Source: Planctomycetota bacterium
Lineage (GTDB): Bacteria; Planctomycetota; Planctomycetia; Gemmatales; Gemmataceae
Length of the DNA stretch: 64,000 bases
Reading direction: 5' to 3'
NCBI GenBank assembly: GCA_003669555.1
Contig: QWOS01000099.1
Location: 7,340-71,339 of the forward strand
Shown: one piece after another, positions 55,934 to 64,000 of the stretch
Layout: each line of letters begins with the position of its first letter
Numbering within the stretch: position 1 is the first letter of the stretch
Program-made: the position numbers and the translations under genes
The notes under the pieces: generated by a model
The model's database searches: none
Seen by the model: only the letters and a program-made list of their open reading frames with translations
What the model was told of the DNA's origin: nothing

Positions 55934-56539
55934 ATGAGCGACAGCAAGCCCGAGCAGCCCAGGGATCCGAAACACCCTGAAACCATCACGCAAGATCTGC
56001 AGTTCTCGCAAGTCAGTGCCCGGGTGCCCGACAAGGTCTCACCCGGGGTGCATGCCTCAGGCGTGCTGCTGCTCAACGGGCCTAACGAATTCATCCTCGA
56101 TTTCCTGCAGCAGATGGTGCAACCACCCAAGGTGGCCACCCGGGTGGTCATGAACCCGCAAACGCTGGCCAGTTTCATCCGTGCGCTCGACGAAAATGTC
56201 GGCATGTATGACCAGAAATTCGGCCCACCCAAGGCGTTACCCACCCCGCCACCCGGTGCCAAGCCGACCCCTATCGACGAACTTTATAGCCAGCTCAAGC
56301 TGCCTGATGATATGCTGGGTGGTGTTTATAGCAACGCGGTGATGATCACCCACAGTCCCAGCGACTTTGTTTTCGACTTTTTGGCAACTTTTTATCCGCG
56401 CAGTGTGGTGTCATCGCGGGTATTCATGTCGGCTCAGCAGGTTGCCCCGTTTCTCAACACCATGAAGCGGTCGTTTCAGCAATTTCTTGACAAGCAGGCG
56501 GGCGAAGCCAGCAAGGGTCCACCTCCCGGCGCCAATTAA
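55934..56539 (+). CDS. DUF3467-like protein with two tandem domain copies
   Basis: Two repeats of the pattern ..GV(H/Y)(A/S)..(L/M)...P.(E/D)F(I/V)(L/F)DFL.......V..RV.M..Q....F...: aa ~35-115 and ~135-195. Confidence 0.6.
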   Translation: MSDSKPEQPRDPKHPETITQDLQFSQVSARVPDKVSPGVHASGVLLLNGPNEFILDFLQQMVQPPKVATRVVMNPQTLASFIRALDENVGMYDQKFGPPKALPTPPPGAKPTPIDELYSQLKLPDDMLGGVYSNAVMITHSPSDFVFDFLATFYPRSVVSSRVFMSAQQVAPFLNTMKRSFQQFLDKQAGEASKGPPPGAN

Positions 56540-56697
56540 GGTAGTATCAGGGGGGTAGCCAACCACCGTTTTGGCGCCCCTCCCTTGACTGCCATGGTTC
56601 GCCATGGACCGGGTTCCCGGGTTGGTTGCTTCCCGGTTGGGGTGCGGCAAAATAGTGCCGGGCAGCAGGATCTGGCCGGGCTTGAATAGTCGTGAAT

Positions 56698-57453
56698 TCA
56701 GCCACCAACCCGTTTCACCTGGTAGCCCAGTTTTTCCAGCTCGGCCACAATCCGTTCACGCTGGTCGCCCTGGATTTCGATCCTCCCGTCCTTGACTGTG
56801 CCCCCTGTGCCACAACGCTGCTTCAGGGTGGCGGCAAGATCCTTCAATTTGTCCTCATTCAGCGGGGTATCGAAGACAGTCGTCACCCCTTTTCCCCGGC
56901 GGCCCGCAGTTTCCCGGCCAACTTTGAGGAGTATGGGCTTCGGCGGCTTGGCCACTGGAGATATTGGGGATCGTGTTACGGGGCTTGCTGCCCCGGAGCC
57001 CGCCGGACGCTCGCCACCGCCCATAATGCGCGCTACCAGCCCCATCACTTCACCCTCGATCAACCCCAAAACCCCAGGGGCATCGTCCACATGCCAAAAC
57101 TCCACCGACCCCGCCCAGTCGGGAAAGCGTTCCAGCAACAGCGGTTGATGCTCCGTTTGCTTCAGAGCCACAATCCGGGTTGCTTGCTCCAGATCACCAG
57201 GCAGCACCTGCTTCGGCATGCGCGCCATGGCATCCGGAGCGCGCACGCCCAGACTCCCCAGCACCTGGACAGCTTCCTTTGCCATGGGGCCGATGTTGTC
57301 GACCCCCCGCTCCAGGGCAAGTGCCCGGGAGTCACCCTGCCAGGGAAGGCCCATCCGGATGGCCACCGAGTTGAAGAGAATTTCCGCGAACCGGCTACGG
57401 TAGTAGTTGCCGGTACACAGAAACAAAACTGTTTTTCCATCGCGCCGCGCCAT
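56698..57453 (-). CDS. Fusion protein: low-molecular-weight phosphotyrosine phosphatase domain + SUI1/YciH translation-factor domain
   Basis: The N-terminus has VLFLCTGNYYRSRFAE, the CX5R(S) P-loop. The C-terminus, LLKVGRETAGRRGKGVTTVFDTPLNEDKLKDLAATLKQRCGTGGTVKDGRIEIQGDQRERIVAELEKLGYQVKRVGG, is nearly collinear with E. coli YciH as recalled ([54 protein letters not shown].L...L...G..VK.AGG). Confidence 0.8.
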   Translation of the reverse strand: MARRDGKTVLFLCTGNYYRSRFAEILFNSVAIRMGLPWQGDSRALALERGVDNIGPMAKEAVQVLGSLGVRAPDAMARMPKQVLPGDLEQATRIVALKQTEHQPLLLERFPDWAGSVEFWHVDDAPGVLGLIEGEVMGLVARIMGGGERPAGSGAASPVTRSPISPVAKPPKPILLKVGRETAGRRGKGVTTVFDTPLNEDKLKDLAATLKQRCGTGGTVKDGRIEIQGDQRERIVAELEKLGYQVKRVGG

Positions 57454-57507
57454 CGAAACCCCTTCATTCCCATCCAGGTCCACAAAAAAGCTCTGGCATA
57501 ACCGGAT

Positions 57508-59997
57508 TCAACGCGCCGTGTCCAGACTTTCCATGAAAAAGCGCACCCGCTCGCGGGCGGCAAACGGGCTTTCACCGGCTCCATGGCCCAGGCCTGGCAG
57601 CACCAGGTACTCAAAAGTCTTGCCCGCCTCGATCAGGGCCTTTACCACCCGCAGCGTGCAGGCCGGATCCACATTGCGATCCACCTCACCCACAGTGAGC
57701 AGCAGTTTCCCCTTCAGCCTGGCCGCATCGGTTTGTGCAGCCTGAGCCTCGTAATGGGGGCCAATGGGCCAGCCCATCCAGAGTTCGTTCCACCAGATCT
57801 TGTCGATCCGGTTGTCGTGGCAACCGCAATCAGCGGCGGCGGCATGGTAGAAATCGCTGTGCGACAGCAGCGCCCGCAGCGCATTCTGGCCGCCGGCCGA
57901 GCCGCCATAAATTCCCACGCGCCCAAGGTCCATATACGGGCGAGTAGCCGCCGCAGCCCGTATCCACAACTTGCGATCCGGGAAGCCGGCATCGGCAAGG
58001 TTTTTACTGCAGACATCGTGAAAGGCCTTGGATCGACGGCTGGTGCCCATACCGTCGATCTGCACGACAATCGCACCAATCTCTGCCATCCGCTGGGCGT
58101 TGTGCATCAGGCGGAACCCTTTGGGGACAAAGGCATCCTGCGGGCCGGCATAGATGTACTCGATGACCGGATATTTCCGGGCCGGATCAAAGTTCAGGGG
58201 CTTATAGATAACACCAAAAATGGGCGTTTTCCCATCGCGTGCAGGTGAAACAAAACGCTCCGGCGCCCGCCAGCCGGCCTTTTGCAAGGCACCGGTATCA
58301 TTGCGCTCAAGCACCACCACGAGCTTGCCGGTCTTCGCGTCACGCAGTTCAGTTCGCGTTGGCAGATCCACCCGGCTGTGGCGGGCGACCATGTATTGGC
58401 CCCCGGGGCCATCCTCCACCTCGTGGGTGCCGTCTCCGTCGGTGAGAATGGTCGGCTCACCGCCATCCAGCGATGCCGTTGCAAAATGAACATGATAAGG
58501 ATCCTGGCCGGCATGGATACCGCCCACCTTCAGGCGAAAAACACCGGTGGCTTCATCCATTTTTTCCACCTCGCGGACCACCCAGTTACCCCGGGTGACA
58601 GGCGCCAACTCCTTGCCGGTGGAAATCTCGAACTGGTGCAGGTGGTTGTTGCCCGAACGCTCACTCATCCACACCACACGGTTTTTCCCCGGCAGTATGC
58701 GCAGCCAGGTCTTGTGGGCATAGTCGATGAAAGTGGATGATTTCTCCTCCACCACCCGGCGACTCTTGCCGGTGGCCGCCTCAATCTCGATCAGGCGCAA
58801 CACCTGATGACCACGGCGATTGTGCAAAAACCAGAACCTGGTGCTATCAGGAGACCACTGCGGCCGATCGTTGCTCCAGGGATTTTCCCATGGCGTCTGG
58901 TCGAGGGGAATCTCCCGCTGGTCCTGCAGATTGAAAAGATGCGGCATATCCCTGTTGATGGCATCGCCCGGCTTGGGGTAATCCACCGTCAGGATACGCG
59001 GCTGCAACTGATCCCGGGGGGATGACTCAACCAGGGTGAGTTTGCGGGTGTCGCCGGCCAGGGTGCGCATGGCGATGGCGTGTCGGCCATCCGGAGCGAC
59101 ATGGACCGCTCCCCGGTACCCATCTGTGGCGGTACCATCGGTGGTGAGCGGCTTTTCTGTTCCGTCCTCCCCCTTCAAAAACAGGTTGTGGTCACGGGCA
59201 AACACCTTGCCATCGGCGGGGGCAGCCGGCCGGCGACCCGATGCGTTGTTGCCCCCGACCCGCGCGGGCGCGGGGACGCCATCAATGACCACCCTGCCCG
59301 GCAGCGCCGTGGCGCGGAAGGAACCCAGGTCCCTGGACCCCTGGCGGATCGACCAGACATGACTGGCAAAAGTATGCTGTTCCACGACCTTGCCCGGCGC
59401 CAGCTTGCCGTAAGACTTGCGGCCCCCCTCGGAGTCGACCCAGAAGATCTCCACCGGCTCCTTCGTCTGGTTATCGAAACTGATGCTGGTATCGGCATCG
59501 GAGGCGCCGCTGCGAGCCCGGCCAGGGACCGGTTGCAATCGCTCACCCGCTTTTTTATTGCTGGCATTGCCAACTGCCTGCTTCCAGGCCCCGTCGGTCA
59601 GGGTGTACCGCTTCCCTTCCAGGGTCAGGCCCATCAACTGGTCATTGCCGCTGAATTCCAACCCTTCCAGTCGCAGCCTGGCCGGATCGGCTGGTTTTCC
59701 GGTGGCCTGGCTCAGCAGGGTTGCCAGTTTACCATGGTCAAACGCCGGCCCCCGCGTCCCCTTGGCGGCGTTGGCCAACACATACTCCACCCCATCGGGC
59801 CTGGTGGCACGGTACCAGAGGCGGCTGGAATCGAGCCAGTGAACTACCAGGCGGTCATTCAATACCTTGCCGGCAAAGGGTGCCTCGGCCTCGCGGACCC
59901 GCTTCCAGGCGGCATCAACAGCTTCGGGGGAAGGAATGCTGACAAGAGGCTGGCCCAAAGACATCGATAACAGCGCAACTGAAACGAGGGTTACCAC
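57508..59997 (-). CDS. S9-family serine peptidase (DPP-IV-like) with a VHL-beta-like insert
   Basis: C-terminal alpha/beta hydrolase with GIYGGSAGG (GxSxGG), a DPP-IV-type N-terminal propeller and a signal-like N-terminus. See the finding for the aa 168-240 module. Confidence 0.85.
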   Translation of the reverse strand: MVTLVSVALLSMSLGQPLVSIPSPEAVDAAWKRVREAEAPFAGKVLNDRLVVHWLDSSRLWYRATRPDGVEYVLANAAKGTRGPAFDHGKLATLLSQATGKPADPARLRLEGLEFSGNDQLMGLTLEGKRYTLTDGAWKQAVGNASNKKAGERLQPVPGRARSGASDADTSISFDNQTKEPVEIFWVDSEGGRKSYGKLAPGKVVEQHTFASHVWSIRQGSRDLGSFRATALPGRVVIDGVPAPARVGGNNASGRRPAAPADGKVFARDHNLFLKGEDGTEKPLTTDGTATDGYRGAVHVAPDGRHAIAMRTLAGDTRKLTLVESSPRDQLQPRILTVDYPKPGDAINRDMPHLFNLQDQREIPLDQTPWENPWSNDRPQWSPDSTRFWFLHNRRGHQVLRLIEIEAATGKSRRVVEEKSSTFIDYAHKTWLRILPGKNRVVWMSERSGNNHLHQFEISTGKELAPVTRGNWVVREVEKMDEATGVFRLKVGGIHAGQDPYHVHFATASLDGGEPTILTDGDGTHEVEDGPGGQYMVARHSRVDLPTRTELRDAKTGKLVVVLERNDTGALQKAGWRAPERFVSPARDGKTPIFGVIYKPLNFDPARKYPVIEYIYAGPQDAFVPKGFRLMHNAQRMAEIGAIVVQIDGMGTSRRSKAFHDVCSKNLADAGFPDRKLWIRAAAATRPYMDLGRVGIYGGSAGGQNALRALLSHSDFYHAAAADCGCHDNRIDKIWWNELWMGWPIGPHYEAQAAQTDAARLKGKLLLTVGEVDRNVDPACTLRVVKALIEAGKTFEYLVLPGLGHGAGESPFAARERVRFFMESLDTAR

Positions 59998-60012
59998 TGC
60001 ACACTCCCGGGG

Positions 60013-60876
60013 TTACTTCAAAGGGGTAATTTTCCATACTATTTCCGCGCCGGGCTTGGCCAGGTCGCCGAGGACCACGCCATTTTCTGCCGCGGTGAGT
60101 GGCCGGCCGGTTCGCTGGTGGATCAGTCGCACCTGGCCACGGTCGGCCTGCACCACTTGCCAGGCCTGGTGGCCTTCAGTTTTCATGGGTGCCTTCAGCA
60201 CCACAGCGGTCCCCGGCTGGGCCGAGACTACCGCCGGGGTAAGAAATTTTCCGGTTTTGCGATGCAGCAGCCGCACCAGGCCGGGCGAGAGGGTCTGGAC
60301 CTGCCAGTGCCCGTCAGTATCCAGGTTGGCAGCCAGGGCGATACCCGGGGCGGTCGAGGTGCCCCCCTCACGGAGCAGGTAGCGCATGGAACTGCCGTGC
60401 AGCAGCGAAGACCAGGGCCGATTCGCCTCCGCCAGCGGTGGATCAGCCGGAGCCTTTTCGTCCTTGGGCTGCGGCAGAATGGAGGCGAGCAGTTTTTTCA
60501 GCTCTTTTTCAGCAAATTCGGCACGATCATCACGCTTTTCCATGGTGTTTTTGCGAATAATCCGGGTGTACTCAGACTGCACACCCTTGCCCGCACGATC
60601 CAGGGCGGCTTCGTGGGCAGGCGTCGGAAAGCTAAGGTGCGGCGCCAGATGAAGCTTGAGCGCCTCCTGGTCGTCCTTGAGGCGTTTCACCTGATTGCGA
60701 TCGCCTTTGGAGCGGGCCATATCGAGACGCCGGGAAATCTGCTCGAGCAGTTCCCGACGCGCTTTTTCCACCGCCTGAGTGAAGGCTGCCCGTGGTTTAT
60801 CCAGCAAAGGATCAGCCGCCGGGTTTTCTTCACCCGGCAGCCAGGCCACCAGCAACCAACCCGCAACAAGCAGCAT
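60013..60876 (-). CDS. Hypothetical exported protein with C-terminal ricin-type beta-trefoil-like domain
   Basis: Three internal repeats end in QxW-like motifs (HWQVQ.., QAWQVV.., IVWKI), each followed by ..VRL(L/I)H(R/Q)(K/R)TG(K/R)(F/P)LT. The N-terminal half is helical and charged. Confidence 0.5.
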   Translation of the reverse strand: MLLVAGWLLVAWLPGEENPAADPLLDKPRAAFTQAVEKARRELLEQISRRLDMARSKGDRNQVKRLKDDQEALKLHLAPHLSFPTPAHEAALDRAGKGVQSEYTRIIRKNTMEKRDDRAEFAEKELKKLLASILPQPKDEKAPADPPLAEANRPWSSLLHGSSMRYLLREGGTSTAPGIALAANLDTDGHWQVQTLSPGLVRLLHRKTGKFLTPAVVSAQPGTAVVLKAPMKTEGHQAWQVVQADRGQVRLIHQRTGRPLTAAENGVVLGDLAKPGAEIVWKITPLK

Positions 60877-60903
60877 GGGAACGACTCCGCCCCGGCCCTG
60901 GAA

Positions 60904-61755
60904 TCAACTCCGGCTTGATTTCCAGTGCGAACGAATGAACTGGCCGCCCCGCTGAAAAACCTCATCAGCCGTGGGGAAGAGATCGCGCCATACCTTGGTG
61001 GCCGCGGCCAACTCGGGTAAAGCCCTCCCAAAGGCCTCGATAGTGAGCCATCCATCGTAATCGCGCGCATGCAAAGCCTTGAAAGTCTCTTCCCAGCGCA
61101 CCTGCCCGGTGCCGGGAGTACCACGGTCATTCTCGCTGAGATGCACATGGATAAACCGGTCGCCTAGCGTGGCAATGGCGTCACCCTGGCTCTTTTCTTC
61201 GATATGCGCATGGAAAGTATCGTACATGCAGCGGAACCAGGGGTGGTTGACGGCGTCGACCAGCGCGGCCATCCCTTTGGCGGTGGTGACAAAATAGCAT
61301 TCAAAACGGTTGAGGTACTCGATGGCCAGACGAACCCTGGTTTTCTCGGCGTGGTCAGCCGCCTTGCGCAGCACTTCCACCCCGTGCTTCAGCTCATCGG
61401 TGGTGGGACCATTGCCTGAAAAAACACCCAGGGCAGAGTGGAAAGGCCCCGCCAGCAGTTCGCCATTCATCGAAGCGGTGCAATCGAGCGCCCACTGGAT
61501 CCGTTCCAGGCCCGCCTGACGCACAGCGGCATCCGGCGAAATGGGATTGCTTTCCGGCCCCAGGCAAGTGACGGTGGTCACCCCGAGCCCTTGCCTGGCC
61601 AATTCCTTGCCGATAGTGGTGAAGTGAGCCACATCCCCCTCGAAAAGCGGCACCTCGACGCCATCGAAGCCGGCAGCCTTGATCTTTTCAAAGATGGGAT
61701 AGTGCGCCGAGGTGATATGGGAACCCCAGAGGAGCATATTCATTCCGAGCTTCAT
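60904..61755 (-). CDS. Sugar phosphate isomerase/epimerase (xylose-isomerase-like TIM barrel)
   Basis: MKLGMNMLLWGSHITSAHYPIFEKIKAAGFDGVEVPLF..., AIEYLNRFE, HVHLSENDRG and WLTIEAF are typical AP-endonuclease-2/TIM-barrel motifs. Confidence 0.8.
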   Translation of the reverse strand: MKLGMNMLLWGSHITSAHYPIFEKIKAAGFDGVEVPLFEGDVAHFTTIGKELARQGLGVTTVTCLGPESNPISPDAAVRQAGLERIQWALDCTASMNGELLAGPFHSALGVFSGNGPTTDELKHGVEVLRKAADHAEKTRVRLAIEYLNRFECYFVTTAKGMAALVDAVNHPWFRCMYDTFHAHIEEKSQGDAIATLGDRFIHVHLSENDRGTPGTGQVRWEETFKALHARDYDGWLTIEAFGRALPELAAATKVWRDLFPTADEVFQRGGQFIRSHWKSSRS

Positions 61756-62084
61756 GACACGCGTTTCCTGATAATTCTTGAGGGTAGGGATGCCTGTACC
61801 AGCATGTCTGGCCCATTCAGGCGACCAATAGCGTCAACTGGATATTACCCGAGGGCGCAGCCGCACTCAACCACGGGATACCCGACCGGTCAGCCCCCGG
61901 GCTGTCACAGGGTTGGCGCTTTGCGGAAAGCAGGGTGGGGAGGAGAGTGCTTTACCTCAGGGAAGGGGTAATACCCTGGTTTCTGACCATTCAGGCACAC
62001 TTTGCTGGCTTCCTTTTTTCGTTGGGCATATACCAAGAGAAGGAAGGCTCGACTTCCTGCCGCATTTAGGAAAAATGGTGCCCC

Positions 62085-63335
62085 ATGAACCCGATGCATG
62101 AGCAAAACCCGCTGGATACGGAAAAAATCCGGTCCAGTTTTCCAGCTTTGAGCCTGCAGGGGCCGGGGGATCGCCCATGGCTCTACCTGGATGGGCCTGG
62201 TGGCACGCAGGTTCCGGTTTCAGTCGCCAATGCGATTGCGCATGCCATCCTCCATGCCAGCGCCAATCGCGGTGCCCCGTTCGCCACCAGCCTGGCGGCG
62301 GAAGCCATCATGGCCCAGGCGGGTGAGGATGCAGCAACATTCCTTGGCGTGGATGGGGCCGACCGGATTGTTTTCGGCCAGAACATGACTTCGCTGGCTT
62401 TTCATGCCGCCGATGCCCTGGTGCCCACCCTGGGGCCGGGTGATGAGGTGGTGGTTTCAAACCTGGATCATGACGCCAATGTGGCACCGTGGGTCCATGC
62501 GGCCAACCGTTCCGGGGCAACCGTCAAACGGGTGGATTTTTGCCGGACCACCATGACCCTCAGACCGCAAGATCTTGAGCGGGCCATCGGCGCCAAAACC
62601 CGGGTGATCGCCTTCACCAGCGCCAGCAACGCTCTCGGCTCCCTCACTCCGGTCGCTGAACTGGTACGGGTTGCCCGCACAACGAAGGCCCTGGTGATTG
62701 TCGATGGAACGCATTACGCCCCCCACCTGCTGCCAGATGTGGACGCCTGGGATGTTGATCTGTTTTTCTGCTCGGCATACAAGTTTTTTGGGCCCCATGT
62801 GGGCCTGATGGCTGGCAAAAGGAGTGTGCTGGAAGCCTTGCAGCCAGCCAAGGTGCGTCCGGCCTCTGATGAACTGCCGGTCCGCTGGATGACAGGAACC
62901 CAGAATCATGAAAGTATCGCCGGGGTGAGCGCGGCACTGCGCTATGTGCGCAGCCTTGGAGAAGGCCTGTCTCCCCGGGGGCAATTCCAGGACGCCTATC
63001 GGCGGATATCCTGTCACGAAACCCGGCTGATGGGTCTTTTCATGGAGCGTCTTGGGCGCCAGAAGGCCTGGCAACTGACCGGGGTCCAGAATGCCGATCC
63101 TGGGCAGCGGGTTGCCACTTTTGCCCTGCGGGGACCGATATCGCCCCATGACGCCGTCCAGGGATTGGCCAACCAGGGAATATGCGCCTACGCCGGGAAC
63201 TTTTATGCCCTGCCAGTGACCGAGGCGCTGGGAGTGGAAAAAGACGGCGGTTTCCTGCGGGTGGGCGCCGTTCATTACAACACCACCACCGAAATACACC
63301 GCCTGTGGGACACCCTGGAAGCCCTGGCCAGCTAA
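62085..63335 (+). CDS. Cysteine desulfurase-like class V aminotransferase
   Basis: FPAL....YLDGPGGTQVP, NLDHDANVAPW and the PLP-Lys region CSAYKFFGPHVGLMAGK. Confidence 0.8.
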   Translation: MNPMHEQNPLDTEKIRSSFPALSLQGPGDRPWLYLDGPGGTQVPVSVANAIAHAILHASANRGAPFATSLAAEAIMAQAGEDAATFLGVDGADRIVFGQNMTSLAFHAADALVPTLGPGDEVVVSNLDHDANVAPWVHAANRSGATVKRVDFCRTTMTLRPQDLERAIGAKTRVIAFTSASNALGSLTPVAELVRVARTTKALVIVDGTHYAPHLLPDVDAWDVDLFFCSAYKFFGPHVGLMAGKRSVLEALQPAKVRPASDELPVRWMTGTQNHESIAGVSAALRYVRSLGEGLSPRGQFQDAYRRISCHETRLMGLFMERLGRQKAWQLTGVQNADPGQRVATFALRGPISPHDAVQGLANQGICAYAGNFYALPVTEALGVEKDGGFLRVGAVHYNTTTEIHRLWDTLEALAS

Positions 63336-63450
63336 GCCCCACTTCCCATCAGGCACCCCAAACCGCCCCGGGTGCCGGATGCGGGCACCTGGACTGAGGG
63401 TGCCGTTTGCCATGAACGTATGAGACAACCTTTAACCTCAGAATACCGCG

Positions 63451-63475
63451 CCTGGCAGCAGTGCCAGGATTATTT
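63451..63475. terminator. Possible terminator hairpin between convergent genes
   Basis: CCTGGCA-GCAG-TGCCAGG, a 7-bp stem, followed by ATTATTT on the plus strand. Confidence 0.35.
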
Positions 63476-63590
63476 CAGCTAATACCGGGGCAATTTTTGG
63501 GTGCCTGCCTCTGATGGGCCCAATGGTTCCATTTCCCAGAATAACGGTTAGGAAACAATTATTTACGCAGCACCATATGGGGACTAATCC

Positions 63591-64000
63591 CTAGCGCCTG
63601 GGTAGCTGCACCTTGCCGTTACCGTCCAGATTGTGCGTTAAAGTCTCGTAAAAGATATTCCATTCCGATTGTCCATGGGGCCGGATCTTGCCATCGAGGA
63701 GCTGCCGCGTATTCGGCAGCTTGTATCCTTTACGGTTGTGATAGTGGTTGTAGCCGACCTCCCATGTAGCTAAAAGACTTCCGGTGGCCTTGTTTGCGGA
63801 GCAGGTTCCCTGCATGTCACCTGTCCGCAGTTGCGTCGCCAGCAACTCCAGCGCCGCCGTGTACCGTTCGGCGTTGTCACCGTAGATGTCAACTCCCTGG
63901 TTCCAGGCAACTTCCAGAGCATGGAATGCCGATGCCATGGCGAATTGCGCGTGGTGGCCGTTGTCACGGCAGGTCTCCTGGGTCAGGCCATTGACCCATT
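63591..64000 (-). CDS. Partial ORF (5' end outside the window), possibly an alginate-lyase-family / polysaccharide-lyase-like protein
   Basis: The frame stays open upstream of the tracked Met to the window edge (..WVNGLTQETCRDNGHHAQFAMASAFHALEVAWNQGVDIYGDN..). That segment resembles alginate-lyase-family proteins as I recall them. The family call is weak. Confidence 0.35.
   Translation of the reverse strand, partial: WVNGLTQETCRDNGHHAQFAMASAFHALEVAWNQGVDIYGDNAERYTAALELLATQLRTGDMQGTCSANKATGSLLATWEVGYNHYHNRKGYKLPNTRQLLDGKIRPHGQSEWNIFYETLTHNLDGNGKVQLPRR

Noticed and set aside
56585-56640. CCATGG-TTCG-CCATGG and ACCGGG-TT-CCCGGT hairpins between convergent genes as terminators
   Set aside because: The stems are short and there is no adjacent T-tract on either strand. 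The evidence is too weak to annotate.
63345-63415. Three GGCACC/GGGTGCC elements that could form alternative hairpins downstream of the cysteine-desulfurase-like gene
   Set aside because: The position is 3' of the gene and there is no downstream ORF on that strand. An attenuator role cannot be supported without conservation or expression data.

Overview
GC-rich bacterial chromosomal window with no rRNA, tRNA, CRISPR array or intact mobile element that I can see. Gene content looks Planctomycetota (Gemmataceae-like, an inference only): two DUF1559 proteins with prepilin-type N-termini, a giant PVC-type dehydrogenase / CxxCH heme / DUF1080 protein, and DUF1571-, DUF4340- and DUF3467-like ORFs. 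Layout: (1) 1-6.7 kb, minus strand, an S10/spc ribosomal-protein cluster (rpsJ, rplD, rplW, rplB, rpsS, rplV, rpsC, rplP, rpmC, rpsQ, rplN, rplX, rplE, rpsN) with rplC absent from its usual slot. (2) 6.8-15.2 kb, a DegT-type aminotransferase plus a GldA/F/G-like ABC system with a DUF4340 protein. (3) 15.4-17.3 kb, peroxiredoxin, a small ORF and folD. (4) 17.4-31 kb, accessory or secreted functions: a TolB-like propeller, a 1306-aa double-GH18 chitinase, a SulP-carbonic anhydrase fusion, a secreted GQFGG-repeat protein, a DUF1559 plus lipoprotein pair, a gluconolactonase and a UxaB-like reductase. (5) 31.7-34.5 kb, three orphan ORFs. (6) ileS, then a minus-strand SDR / AsnB / DevCAB-like exporter / lipoprotein cluster. 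(7) 45.6-64 kb: tandem zinc-ribbon membrane paralogs, DUF1559, a multicopper oxidase, the giant heme/DUF1080 protein, a tandem DUF3467 protein, an LMW-PTP::SUI1 fusion, an S9 peptidase with a VHL-beta-like insert, a beta-trefoil protein, a sugar isomerase, a cysteine-desulfurase-like protein and a partial lyase-like ORF. I found no single clear-cut new system. The best leads are: a shared non-Sec N-terminal leader (FQPxLxxLESRLxPA) on two large exoenzymes, the GQFGG-repeat protein whose repeat units differ only by synonymous changes, the LMW-PTP::SUI1 fusion, the VHL-beta-like module in the peptidase, and the tandem zinc-ribbon membrane paralogs. All family calls come from reading motifs by eye. 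No database search was run.
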